Shown here: piece by piece, positions 35,280 through 50,582 of the stretch
Numbering within the stretch: the stretch's first letter is position 1
Layout of the letters: each line of letters opens with the position of its first letter
Assembly (NCBI RefSeq): GCF_009914755.1
Contig: NC_060941.1
DNA length: 64,000 bases
DNA from: the human T2T-CHM13v2.0 reference genome, Homo sapiens
Strand: one strand, 5' to 3'
The notes under the pieces: model-generated
Seen by the model: only the letters and a program-made list of their open reading frames with translations
What the model was told of the DNA's origin: nothing
Database searches by the model: none
Position numbers and translations under genes: made by a program

Positions 35280-38200
35280 GAGAATCCCATCAGACTAACA
35301 GCAGGCTTCTCACCCAAAACCTTGCAAGCCAGAAGAGACTGGGGTTCTATTTTCAGTCTTCTTAAAGAAAAAAAGATGCCAAGAATTTTGTATCCTGCTA
35401 AACTAAATTAATAAATGAAAGAGAAATAAAGTATTTACCAGACAAGCAAACACTAAGGAAATTTGTCACTACTAGACAGGTCCTACAAGAAATGCTCAAA
35501 GGATTTCTAAACATGGAAAGAAAAGGGTGATACTCATTGTCATAAAAACACAAGAAAGTATAAAACATGTAGGTCTTATAAAACAATTACACAAGACTGC
35601 AAAGCAACTAGGTAATAATTATGACAGGAACAAAACCTCACATATCAATACTAACCTTAAATGTAAGGGACTAAATGCTCCACTTAAAAGATATAGGCTC
35701 AGCTGGGCACAGTGGCTCATGCCTGTAATCCCAGCACTTTGGGATGCTTGAGTTCCAGGCATTAAAGTAGGAGGATCACTTGAGTCCAGGAATTTGAGAC
35801 TAGCCTGGGCAACGTAGTGAAACCTCTTCTCTACAAAAAATTAAAAAATTAGCTGGGCATAGTGGCTTGCACCTGTGGTCTCAGCTACTCAGGAGGTTGA
35901 AGTAGGGGGATCAATAAGATATGGGCTGGTGGAATGGATAAGAAAAACAGGATCCAACTGTATGCTGCATACAAGAAATCTGCCTAACTGTTAAAGACAT
36001 TTACACTCTAAGGGGTGGAAAAAGATATTTCACACAAATCAAACCAAAAACAAGTAGGAGTAGCTATACTTATATCAGATAAAACAGAGTTTAAATCAAC
36101 AGTAAAAAAAGACAAGGTCATCTATAATGATAAAGGGATCAATTCAACAAGAAGACATAACAATTCTAAATAAATATGCACCCAACACTGGAGCACCCAG
36201 ATTCCTAAATACTACTAGATCAAAGAGATAGCCACTGTATTAATCCATTTTCACACTGCTGATAAAGACATACCTGAGACTGGGAAATTTACAAAAGAAA
36301 GAGGTTTAATGGACTTACAGTTCCACATGGCTGGGGAGGCCTCACAATCATGGAAGAAGGCAAAGGAGGAGCAAAGTCACGTCTAACATGGATGGCAGCA
36401 GGCAAAAAGAGAGCTTGTGCAGGGAAACTCCTTCTTATATCACCATCAGATGTCATGAGACTTACCCACTATCACGAGAACAGCATGGGAAAGACCTGTC
36501 CCCATGATTCAATTACCTCCCACCAGGCCCCTCCCACAACATGTGGGAATGCAAGATCAGATTTGGGTAGGGACACAGCCAAACCACATCATTCCACTGC
36601 TGGCGCCTCCCAAATCTCATGTCCTCACATTTCAAAACCAATCATGCCTTCCCAACAGTCCCCTGTCTTAACTCATTTCAGCATTTACTGAAAAGTCCAC
36701 AGTCCAAAGTCCAAAGTCTTATTTGAGACAAGGCAAGTCCCTTCTGCTTATGAGCCTGTAAAATCAAAAGCAAGTTAGTTACTTCCTAGATACAACAGGG
36801 GTACAGGCATTGAGTGAAAACAGCCATTCCAAATGGAAGAAGTTGGCCAAAACAAAGGGGCTACAGGCCCCATGCAAGTCTGAAGTCCAGAAGGGGAGTC
36901 AAATCTTAAACCTCCAAAATGATCTCCTTTGACTCCATGTCTCACATCCAGGTCACACTGTTGTGAGAGGTGGGTTCCCATGGTCTTGGACAGCTCTGCC
37001 CCTATGGCTTTGCAGGGTTCTGCCTCCCTCCCAGCTGCTTTTATGGGCTGGCGTTGAGTGTCTGCAGCTTTTCTAGGCACACGTGCAAGCTGTCAGTGGA
37101 TCTATCATTCTGGGTCTGGAGGATGGTGGCCCTCTTCTCACAGCTCCTAGCCCCAGCAGGGACTCTGCATGGGGGCTCTGACCCCACATTTCCCTTCTGC
37201 ACTGCCCTAGCAGAGGTTTTCTATGAGGGCCTTGCCCCTGCAGCAAACTTCTGCCTGGGCATTCAGGCATTTCCATATATCCTCTGAAATCTAGATGGAG
37301 GTTCTCAAACCCTAATTCTTGACTTCTGTGCACTTGCAGGCTCAACACCACATGAAAGCTGCCAAGCCTTAGGGCTCGCACCCTCTAAAGCCATGGCCCG
37401 AGCTCTACATTGGTCCCTTTCAGCCATGGCTGGAGCAGCTGGGATGCAGGACACCAAGTCTCTAGGCTGCACACAGCACGGGTACCCTGGGCCCAGCCCA
37501 TGAAACCATTTTTTCCTCCTAGGTCTCAGGGTCTGTGATGGGAGAGGCTGCTGTGAAGACCTCTGACATGCCCTGGAGACATTTTCCCCATTGTCTTGGG
37601 GATTAACATTTGGCTCCTCATTGCTTATGCAAATTTCTACAGCCAGCCTGAATTTCTCCTCAAAAAATGGGATTTTCTTTTCTATTGCATTGTCAGGTTG
37701 CAAATTTTCCAAACTCTTATGCTCTGCTTCCCTTATAAAACTGAATGCCTTTAACAGCACCCAAGTCACCTCTTGAATGCATTGCTGCTTAGAAGTTTCT
37801 TCTGCCAGATACCCTAAATCATATCTCTCAAGTTCAAAGTTCCACAAAAATGCCACCAGTTTTGCTAAAATATAAGAGTCACCTTTGCTCCAGTTCCCAA
37901 CAAGTTCCTCATTTCCATCTGAGACCACCTTAGCCTGGACTTTATTGTCCATATCGCTATCAACATTTTGGGCAAAACCATTCAAAAAGTCTCTAGGAAG
38001 TTCCAAGCTTTCCCATTTTCCTGTCTTCTTCTGAGCCCTCCAAACTGTTCCAACCTCTGCCTGTTACCCAGTTCCAAAGTTGCTTCCACATTTTCAGGTA
38101 TCTTTTCAGCAGCACCCCATTCTACTGGTACCAATTTACTCAATCCATTTCACACTGCTGATAAAGACATACCTGAGACTGGGAAATTTACAAAAGAAAG

Positions 38201-40170
38201 ATGTTTAATGGACTTACAGTTCCACATGGCTGGGGAGGCCTCACAATCATGGCAGAAGGCAAGGAGGAGCAAGTCACATCTTAGATGGATGGCAGCAGGC
38301 AAAAAGAGAGCTTGTGCAGGGAAACTCCTTCTTATACCACCATCAGATCTTGTGAGACTTATTCACTATCACAAGAACAGCACAGGAAAGACCTACCCCC
38401 ATGATTCAATTACCTCCAACTGGGTCCCTCCCACAACATGTGGGAATTCAAGATGAGATTTGGGTGTGGACACAGCCAAACCACATCAGACACCAATAGA
38501 ATAATAGAGGGAGACTTTAGTACTCCATTGATGCACTAGACAAATTATCAAGGCAGAAAATCAACAAAGAAACTCTGGACTTAAATTGGCCTCTAGACCA
38601 AATGGACCTAACAGACATTTACAGAACAATCTACTCTACAACTGCAAAATGTAATTCTTCTCATTTGCACATGGAACATTCTCAAAAATTGGCCATATGC
38701 TAGACCACAAGGTGAGTCTCAATAAATTTTTTAAAAACCTGAAGTCATATCAAGTAACTTCTCAGACCACAGTGGAATAAAACTAGAAATCAACACCAAG
38801 AGGAACCCTCAAAACTATTTAAATACATGAGAATTAAATAATTTGCTCCTGAATGATTGTTGCATCAATGATAAAATTAAGGCAGAAATAAAAAAATTTT
38901 TGAAATGAATGAAAATAGAGACACAACATACCAAAACCTCTGGAGTACATCAAAAGCAGTGCTAAGAGGGAAGTTTATAGTGTTAAATGCCTATATAAAA
39001 AAGATGGATCTCAAATCAATAACCTAATGTTGCATGTCAAGGAACTAGAAAAATAAGAACAAACCACACCCTAAGCTAGCAGAAGAAAATAACAAAGATC
39101 AGAGCAGAACTAAATGGAATTGGGACAAAAAAATACGAAGGATCAACGAAATGAAAAATTGGTTCTTTGAAATGATAAACAAAATTGATAGACCACTAGC
39201 TAAGTTAACCAAGAAAAAAAGAGAGAAGAATCAAATAAGCACAATCAGAAATGAGAAAGGTATCATTACAATTGATACAACAGAAATGCAAAAGATCATC
39301 AGAGACCTATAAGCATCTCTATGCACACAAACAGGAAAATCTAGAGGAAATGGATAAATTCCATTTATCTAGGAACATACAACTTCCAAAGATTGAACCA
39401 AGAGGAAATAGAATCTTGAACACACCAATAATGAGTAATGAAATTGAATTAGTAATAAAAAAAACTCTCAATTAAAAAAAACCTCAGGAGCAGATGGGTT
39501 CACAGTGGAATTCTACAAGACATACAAGGAAGAACTGATACTAATCTTACTGACACCGTTCAAAAAACATTGAGAAGAAGGGAATCCTCCCTAATTCATT
39601 CTATGAAGCCAGGGTCAGTCACTCTGATACCAAAGCTAGGCAAGAACACAACAACAACAAAAAAAACTATAGACCAATATGCCTGATGAACATAGATGCA
39701 AAAATCCTCAACAAAGTACTAGCAAACCAAATTCAACAGTGAATCAAAAAGATAATGCACTGCAATCAAGTGAGTTTTATTCCAACAATGCAAGGTTGGT
39801 TCAACATACACAAATCAATAAATGTGACTCACCACATAAACATAATTAAAAACAAAAATTATGCAATTGTATTAATAAATTCAGAAAAAGCATTTCATAA
39901 AATCCAGCATCTCTTCATGATAAAAGCCCTTACCAAAGTAGCAATAGAAGGAACATATCTCAAAATAATAAAAGCCATATATGACAAACCCACAGTCAAC
40001 ATCACACTGAGTGGGGAAAAATTGAAAGCATTACCTCTAAGAACTGGAATAAGGCAAGGATGCCCACCGTCACTACTCCTATTCAACATAACAGAAGTCC
40101 TAGTTAGAGCAGTCAGAAAAGAGAAAGAAATAAAAGGCATCCAAATTGGAAAAGAGAAAGTGAAATTATC
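35280..40170 (+). mobile_element. L1 (PB/MA-like) ORF1 end plus ORF2 EN/RT, antisense to PIK3R6; interrupted by an Alu fragment (about 35700-35912) and THE1
   Basis: ORF 39755-40288 ([12 protein letters not shown]...EKAFHKIQH...RTGIRQGCP) is L1 reverse transcriptase. Confidence 0.9.
36236..38488 (-). mobile_element. Two-LTR THE1 (ERVL-MaLR) element: LTR 36236-36591, internal region, LTR about 38140-38488
   Basis: Two near-identical ~350-bp LTRs (cacactgctgataaagacatacctgagactggg ... gacacagccaaaccacatca); 5-bp TSD gccac/gacac; internal MaLR ORF remnant 37305-38006. Confidence 0.92.
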
Positions 40171-40288
40171 CCAGCTCCAGAGTGACAGGCATAATAAGCA
40201 GGCTTACCCACCCCTCATCCCTGGCCCCCTTTACTCGCTGAGGCAGGAGCCCAGAGGACTCATTTCTGGAAAAACAAAACTATCCTAG

Positions 40289-40720
<432 letters not shown>

Positions 40721-41442
40721 AAGAGACCATATTAGGAGAGACAACAAATAACCATAAAACAAGAAAGAGTCCTTAAATAGCCTAAATTTTCAAAAAATGA
40801 ATTTGAAGAAAACTCCCCCAAAATTGAAGAAATGACAAAGAAGGACAATGGGAGAAAAAAGATGAGAAAATTAGAGCATTAATTTAGGAGGTCAAACATC
40901 CTACTATTCATAGTTCCAGAAAGAGAAAGCAAAGAAATGAAGGGAAGGAAATTATTTTAAAGATTGTATTAGAAAATATCTGAGAATTGAAAGATGTGAG
41001 TCTCCAGATTGAGAATTGTCCATCAAAGGTCCAAAATGATGAATGAAAAAAGATCCCACCAAGGTATATTCTTGTGACATTCAGAATCTTCTCTGAAATT
41101 TAGTATTTATGGCTTCCAAAGAGAGAGAGAAAAGAAAAAAAAGTCTCATACAAAGACTAGGCATAAGAAGGCACCATATTATACAACAGCAGCATCAAAA
41201 ACTAAAAGAAAGTTCACATTCAAAGAAATCCAGACAGAATCGACAAAATCAAAACCATAGCAGGAACATCCACAAACCTCTCTCAGTTTTGGCCAGATGA
41301 AGTAGACAAAAAATATTTTAAATTTGTAGACTACAGTAATATAATATGTTTGATTTAATAATTAAACTTCATACTTTATATATTCTATAGATAGAAAACA
41401 AACATGTATTTTTAGTTGCCATTGAATATTAAAAAGTTGATC

Positions 41443-41820
<378 letters not shown>

Positions 41821-43564
41821 CTAATAAACTCAGGAATCAAAGGGTTTGGGTTTAAATAGCCACGTGGGGATGGGAGGCAATGGTGTGGGGTTATGTGAAG
41901 CAGGGACTCTTGAAGGCTACAAGCTCAGTGAAAGACTAGAAAGCAAAATAAAACAAAAGACACAAACAGACAAACAAACAAACACAGAAATAGGGAAGAC
42001 CACAGAAAAAAGCCCGTCTGCTTTGGCTTGTGCGATGAGTGAGGAAGGCAAGTCTTTCCTGGAAATTTTTATCTACAAGCCCATCCAGATGTGAATTTGG
42101 GGTACACATGTACACTATCTTCGTGGTCTGGCAATTTCTCAGCCAAAACTGGACTCAAAATATGGTCCTGAGTTGATAACATCTCTGAGGCTGTTGGCAA
42201 AAACAAATTCAGAATTTCTCTAGAAGGAAAATTTTTCCACCCAGTTTCCTCACAGATAAAGCCCCAAGAAATATGAACTCATAATTGAAAAACAAGCTAC
42301 TGTGGGGAGGGGGTCAGTGAACCCAATAAACAGAAGGATTAGACTCCCAGTAATTACAGATAATGTAATTACATAAATCAGATTATAAAATAAATATGTT
42401 TAGAATGAGTGAAGAAATAAAAGAAAGAATAAAACCACAAGGAAGGAACAGCATACTACTATTAAACAGGCATGCCATTTTCATTGATTCTAAAACACAT
42501 TTTAACATCTCTAATTAGGGAGTATTTTGCAACCAATGTGATAAGAGAGCATTGTCCATAGTTTAGGAAGCATTGTTTCTTTCTTAGTAGTATGTAAAAT
42601 TGTGGTATGCCTTAAATTCAAGGAAATATGGTCTTTAGACATATATAATGTTTAATCATATCAGAGTCAGAAATCATTAAAGGAAAATGATTAGTAGATT
42701 TTGCAACATCACAATATAAGGCTATTTTAGGTTAAAAAAGCATCAAAAGACAAAGCGGGAAAAGTATTTCCAAAATTTATGACAAATAAGGGGTTAATGT
42801 CCTCACACTACAAAATAGGATATTAGTATGGGATGAGAATACAAATAGGAAATGTAAGAATGAAGAAATAGAAATACAAGAAAGTATTCAATTTCACTAA
42901 TTGGTAATAAAAGAAACAAAACAATGAAAAGTTTGATCATCAAATTTGTGAAGATGAAAAAATCAATCACTATCTGAATTGTGCTGAAAAATTGGCACTC
43001 AAACACTACAATCAGATTGGAACTTGGTATAGACTTTCTAGAGGGCAATTTGGCAAAATATATAAAAAGGATGCCACCTGACTGAATGATTTCACTTCTA
43101 GGCATTCTTCTAAAAAGACATAACCATGATTTTTAGCACATACTTACCCCTAAGGAAATTGCTCACACTACGCTTGTAATAGTGAAAAATGAGAACTTAC
43201 TTAAATGTCGTCTTAGAATTTATTTACATAATTATACAGGTATATGCAACCATCATATAATAAATACTGACATATGCTTAATGACACAAAACATATTTAA
43301 TACCAAAGCAATGTCCCATCAAGACCTATTTACAAGGCTTTAGTATATTTTTGAGTTAAAATCACCAAGGTATAGACCAGTATGTAGTGTAGCTATCAAT
43401 TATCTTAAAATATCTAGAAAAAAAGGATTGGTGATTACACCTGAAAATGTTAATAGTCATTCTCTCCAGGGATTGGGACTACTAGTGAAAGTACTTTTTG
43501 TGCTTTTTTTATATTTTCCAAAATAAATAATGAAACTTTTGTTTATAGGTTAAAACATTATCTT

Positions 43565-43879
<315 letters not shown>

Positions 43880-44569
43880 TTATTTTAAAAGATAAAGAAA
43901 TATAAGGGCTAAATAGTGACCACTGGTTTTGGCAACATGGAGGTGACTTTGCCACAGCAGGACATGTGTAACCAGGTGGTCGTGGGTAGAAGAGTTATTG
44001 ATAAGGGGCTGGAAACTCTTCTAGAAGTACTTTTCAAGGAGCTTGACTTGAGAAGGGAAGGAAAGAGATGCAGTGGGTAGCTAGAGAGGTAGTTGGGTCA
44101 TGGCAGAGTTGTTTTTTTTTTTTTCCTTTTTTTTTTCTTTTAAGATGGAAAAGACCTGAGCATGTGTAGGCTAAGCGGAAGGAGCAGTGGAGAGGAAGAG
44201 GTCAAAGCTGGGGAAAGAGAACTGCAAACAGATAGAGAAGAGCCTGGAGGGGGAGGGGGAGGAAAGGGCTGAGTGATCCCAAGGATCCGCGTGAGCGGGA
44301 GGTCATGAGTTTGCTGTGGATCTAATCAATGTGGATGCAGGGTTATTCCAGAAGCACTTGGCCACCTGGGCATACAGACTAAGCAGGTGGCTTGACCTAA
44401 ATCGGTGCGTAAGCCTGCTGGGTGGTGCATGGGAGTGAGGACATCAGTGAGAACATGGTTCAGGCGCAATCATGGGGCACCAAAGCCAAGCTAAGTGGGG
44501 AAGTGAAGTCCAGAGAGGCCACTGGGTAGAGAGGAAATGGATAGTCTTATGTCTGTATCAGTAAGTACT

Positions 44570-44884
<315 letters not shown>

Positions 44885-45285
44885 CTAAAGGGCAAAGGGT
44901 AAGGGGATTGAGAGAGCTGGTCTGATTTGGCCACAGATTGGGCTGTTGTTGTTTAGGAGTCTGGCTGTGGTGTGGTGGCTGGGATGACTGGACATAGGTG
45001 CATTTTGCAGTCATCTGGGTATGTCTTGGGTCCTCAAATGGTCAGCAGATGGAGGGCAGGGCTTTGACTCTTAAAGTGCTTTCCTTATACCAGTGGGCAC
45101 TCTGCACTTCAAACAGACTGATTGAAAAGCGGATTCCTTCCAACAGGAAGACCCACTCCAATAGCAAAGGCTCAGAAAGGCTGGGAAGTCAGTTCCCTTC
45201 TCTGAATGCCCTCCCCTCTGGGCTCCCAGCCACCTACTGCTGTCCCAGCTGGCTGTCTCCCTTTCCCAGTCTACTCAGTACTTAC

Positions 45286-45401
45286 AGAGAAGGACTTTCC
45301 CGCCAAGTTGGAGGACTTGACAACCTCTGTCACGTTGACATTCAGACATGTGTGGTCTGTGACAGGAGCAGCAGGCAGGGGGCAATGGCTAGACCCTGAA
45401 A
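45286..45401 (-). CDS. PIK3R6: PIK3R6 exon (V/SGSSHCPLP...NLAGKSFS)
   Basis: CAG acceptor, GTAAGT donor, 116 nt. Confidence 0.95.
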
Positions 45402-45874
45402 CTGAATGAGATGGGTGGGGCTGTAAATGGACCTCCAGGGAAGTAGGGGAGTTTGATATTCTAGGTCTCAAGATCTCCAGGAACCCATCTTGACACCCCC
45501 AGCCCTGTCACTCCTCCTTGGGCCCCCACTTTCTGAATCTGCTTGGTCCCAGCCAAGTTACGTTTCCTTCTCAATCATCCATCTTCCTTCCCTGGTGAAT
45601 CCACAAGTTTCTGTATCCTCAGGTCAGCGGCCATCACCAACCCAAATCCGCACGCCCTACCCTTTCATTATCTCCTCCTGCAACCCTTTTTAAAAGGAAT
45701 AAAATTCTAGAAGTTCTCTTGAACTTCCTGCAGCTCTTGGGCATGCTAAGAATGAAAGAAGCACCTGCCCAGGGATGTTGTGCAGGACAGAGGCTCCAAG
45801 TGGGTGAGGAGGGCATCAGTGCCAACAGGTCAAGGTTTCTTTTACTTTCTTTTTTTATTATTATTTTTTTGTGC

Positions 45875-45911
<37 letters not shown>

Positions 45912-46158
45912 TATATATACATATATACACACACATATATAAGTATATATACATACACACGTATATATGTATATATACGCACACATATATATGTGTATAT
46001 ATAGACACACACGTATATACATATATACGTATATACACACACATATATATGTATATATAGACACACATATATATGTATATATACACACACACGTATATAT
46101 GTGTATACATACATATATATATTTTATATATATATATATATTTTTATATATATATATA
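45875..46158. repeat. Compound (TA)n/(CA)n microsatellite at the tail of an antisense Alu (46159-46350)
   Basis: Seen directly. Confidence 0.9.
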
Positions 46159-48048
46159 TTTTTTTTTTGAGACAGAGTCTCACTCTGTTGCCCAGGCTGT
46201 AGTGCAGTGGCATGATCTCGGTCACTGCAACCTCTGCCTCCCAGGTTCAAACAATTCTCCTGCCTCAGCCTCCCAAGTAGCTGGGATTACAGGCGGGCTC
46301 CACCACACTGGCTAATTTTTTTTTTTTTGTATTTTTAGTAGAGACAGGGTTGCTTAATAGAGTATAATGTGTCAAAAATCATCACTGTGTGCCTGCTGGT
46401 AGGCTTCGTCCCTCCCTGCCAACTAAAGAGGGTTTGTAGAAGTCTGCTCTACCGAGGGTGCTGGCATCATCAGACTGGTTCTGATAGGGTCTAGAGTAGG
46501 GCTGGGAGTGGGGAGAGTCTGTGAGAGAAATGGAAGGAATATAGTTTGAACAATAAGAGCTAACATTTATCGTTTACTCTATGCACACAAATTAGTAGCT
46601 ACTTATTATCTCCATTTTAGAAAAAAAAAACAGGTAGAGAGGACACAGTTCACACATCTAAGGTCACATAGATAGTCAGCGGCAAAGCTGGGGTGTGAGA
46701 CCTGCCCATCTGGCCCTGGCACCGCGCCCTTGATGGTCTGCTCCTGAGCCACTTCTAGGTTAAGAGCTACTGCCACAATTATGCGTCTCCTTCATGGTGT
46801 TAAAGAGCTGCAGGTAAAGAGTGTCCTGCTGTGATGGAGTTTTATATGTCATCCACAAATTCAACTTGCCTGGAAGCAATTTTATTAGGAAGTGATATAA
46901 TTTCTTGAGTTTCTTCTTTGTGCCAGATGCTAAGGAAATTGTGAAGCTATGATGCCCACTTATGAACACAAATGCATTATTGTCAGAAAGGCGCCTTAAT
47001 TGGAATGCTAGCAAAGCCACAGTGGATTTCAGAGATGGAGTAAATACTCGTGGTTGGATAGGAGAGGAGGGATCAGAGTTGGCTTCCTCATGAGCATTCC
47101 AGCCTGGCTTATGTGTATTTTCATTCCGTATTTCTTCTGGAATATTCCAAATGTGTTCATCCATTTTTAAAACAAATTTTTGAATGTAAAGTAGCATTTC
47201 ATTTATTCTAGAAATATTGATCAAGTATCTACCACATGCCAGGACATGTCATGGACAAAGGGAATAGATGGTGAACAAGATATAATTCTGCCTGGGTGAA
47301 CTTACTTGTTTGCTCCAAAATGATCTTCTACAAGCATCACCGGATAACATCCCCTAAGTCTAGTCTGTTGAGATTTGGCAATCCCGGGGGAGGCAGTGGT
47401 AAGGAACATAGGCTCTTGCATGAGAATACCTGGGTTTGAATTCCAGTTCTGATTCTTCCTCACAGAGGTGATGTTGGGTGTGTTATTCTCTTTCCTTCCA
47501 TTTCCTCTCCAGTAAAAAGTTACTAATACTAATAGTATCTATTTTCTAGGGTTCACAAGCTTCACTGCCTGGCCTCTGGTGTTTGTTTGCAATATTCATA
47601 ATCCGTATCGCCATCCTTTGCATTATTCCAGGAGACCAGGGAGCTCACAATATGAGCTAATATTTATAATTTACTATATGCACATAAATTGGCATTTTCT
47701 ATTGTCTCCATTTTTTTTGGAATGACAGTCAAAGTCCTAAATTTCCAAACAGAAGACAACTAGTCCTGCAGTCCCAATTCCGTGGCAGGAGGCCAACTGC
47801 AACCCCTCCCCGGAGTCCCTCCACCTTCCAGCTATGTCTCAGCAGGCTGCTGAGGCTCAATCCAGTGGCCAGTGCTAGAGTCTGGGTGACCCGACAGCAA
47901 GCAACTTGAAGGCAGTCACCAAGTCCTGGTCCTGGCTCCAGTTCCGTGACTGAGAGGGCTCCCCCTTCTCCTGCCACTCTGCCCTCTCCCCAGCATTGCC
48001 CTTCTCATCTCTTCTCTCTTTCTTTGCTCTGCATTCCCCATTCCTCAC

Positions 48049-48139
48049 CTTCTGTGTCGCTGGCTGGAATGGCCTTCAGGATCAGCCCAGTGGCCCGCAG
48101 GGAAACGGTGACCTCTCGGGGCCGGTGGCTAAGCAAGGC
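48049..48139 (-). CDS. PIK3R6: PIK3R6 exon (ALLSHRPREV...IPASDTE)
   Basis: CAG acceptor, GTGAGG donor, 91 nt. Confidence 0.95.
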
Positions 48140-48255
48140 CTGAGGAGGGGGATCGAGGAACAGGTGGAGGTGCTCAGGACATACCCTTTCCCCATGCATC
48201 CCCACATCCACAGTCTTGCCTCTCTCCCCTGTTTTCCACCCCTGCTGTGAGAGTC

Positions 48256-48420
<165 letters not shown>

Positions 48421-48789
48421 TAAGTGCTAGCAGATAAAGGCTTAAAGCACTTCTAGTCCTAGAGAGTATGTTCAGCCTTCCAGACCCCAAAGAATAAATC
48501 TCCAGTGAAATCAGTTCAAGCCTCTGGTCAGCTAGCAAGGAAGATATTTTTTAGCAAGGGGTCAGCCCCCTTGTTCCTTAAATCTGATCACCTCCTGGTC
48601 TACATGTAAGGCCAACTTAACCCACCCATCCCTGCAAAACTCCCTGAAGGCTGGGGAACTCTGCGGGCAGCTTCAAGAAAAGGGGCAGAAGCTTCCTTTG
48701 GCTCTATCTGCTTCCCTGCTTGTCCCAGAGGCCTGCTCCCTCCAGCTGTACCTCTTGGCTACCTACTGACCACGTCCATGCACACTGAC

Positions 48790-48860
48790 CTTCTGGTAGC
48801 ATAGGGAGAGCTCTGCCCCTGGGCCCTCAGCCACGCCTCTCCTCCTGGGTGAAAAGCCAT
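48790..48860 (-). CDS. PIK3R6: PIK3R6 exon (D/GFSPRRRGV...LSLCYQK)
   Basis: CAG acceptor, GTCAGT donor, 71 nt. Confidence 0.95.
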
Positions 48861-49198
48861 CTGTGGGGAGATGAGAAGAGGCTTGGGGTGGAGGTTCCCA
48901 GGCCTCTTGCCCTAACTTCCCCACCTCTCTGAGGGCAGGAGCTGAGCTGCTGGGTTTACCCATCCATCCATCTCCCTGGATGGAAAGGTGACACCTCCGG
49001 GGGCCAGGATGCCTTTCAGTCTTGTGGGGGTTGGAGGGGATCAAGAGCAGCCTTGGCATTCAGCAGAGGTAGGGAACAGAGCAGGGACAAGCACTGAGGG
49101 TGTGGGCGTGCAGGCATCATCAGGTGAGAGGTGGAAGGATGAGAGTTTGGAGAAGCTGAGTCAGGGTGACCTTTGGCAAAAGGGAGGCAGATGCTTAC

Positions 49199-49289
49199 CT
49201 TTGGGGAATTTAGAATCTTGGATCTTCACCTTCAGTTCAATGAGGAAAATGTCCTCAGTAGGGTCTTGGCTCAGGTCACTGAAAAAGAT
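49199..49289 (-). CDS. PIK3R6: PIK3R6 exon (IFFSDLSQDP...QDSKFPK)
   Basis: CAG acceptor, GTAAGC donor, 91 nt. Confidence 0.95.
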
Positions 49290-49589
49290 CTGGAGAGAGG
49301 AAGGGAGGGTGGCATTTCCTGGTGTGATTTCCAAATCACTCTATCCCTGATTTCCAGGGATCCAGGGCCATGGAGAACCCTTCCACATAAAGAAGACCTA
49401 CTTCTTGGATTTGAGGTCTTGAAGTTAATAATGATCTGATTCATTTAGAGATGAAGAAGGTAACGTTAATAACCAAGAGCGTCTGGGTGTGTTCATGATT
49501 GGTGGCCTGGTGACCAGTGTTTCCCCAGAGCCTGGGTATTTAATCGGTGGGGTCCTGGGGTCCCTTGGAGCCTCCAGTGGGATGCTTAC

Positions 49590-49700
49590 CTTGACTGTGT
49601 AGATCTGGAAATAGATGGGTTGGGTGCCCATGCGGATGTAGTAGGTGATGACGTCTAGGATGAAGGGGTCCACAGTCCGGGATGTGTCCAGGGAAGGAGG
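49590..49700 (-). CDS. PIK3R6: PIK3R6 exon (PPSLDTSRTV...FQIYTVK)
   Basis: CAG acceptor, GTAAGC donor, 111 nt. Confidence 0.95.
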
Positions 49701-50186
49701 CTGTGATGGAGACAGGGAATGTCTTCACCAACTCCCCCAAGGCCACTGTGGGAGATGCCATTTTCTTCAGAGAGAAACTTCAAGCCCCTACATCTCTGGG
49801 ATGCACTAACCCAGTGCGTCCTTCAACACATTCCAAACCTTTCCTACCACTGAATTTCCACTCCCAATCAAAATATTCCTGTCCAGAGCCCTGCCTCCCT
49901 AGGGAATCCGACTGATTTCAATCCTACAGAGACTACTGAGCGCTGCTATGTGTGAGGCACTGTGCTAAGTGATTGAGGGAGACAAGATGCTGGAGAGTGA
50001 ATCTAATGAGAGACCCAGGAGTGGGTTCTAGGCTCGGATGGGCTACTTGCCATTGGCCAAGCAGGCGTGGGCAAGTTATTCAAACTCTATGAGGCCCGAG
50101 TGTCCTTCTACAGAAAATGAGAGGTTGAACCAGATGATCTGATGTCTCTTTCAGCTCTGGTGGTCTCTGCATCTATTAATAAACTA

Positions 50187-50582
<396 letters not shown>

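Noticed and set aside
37305-38006. 233-aa ORF as a novel gene
   Set aside because: It is the internal ORF remnant of the THE1/MaLR element.
39755-40288. 177-aa reverse-transcriptase-like ORF
   Set aside because: Fragment of a decayed L1 ORF2 with surrounding stops and frameshifts; not an active or novel RT system.
45634-46315. Y/I/C/V-rich ORFs
   Set aside because: Translations of the (TA/CA)n microsatellite.
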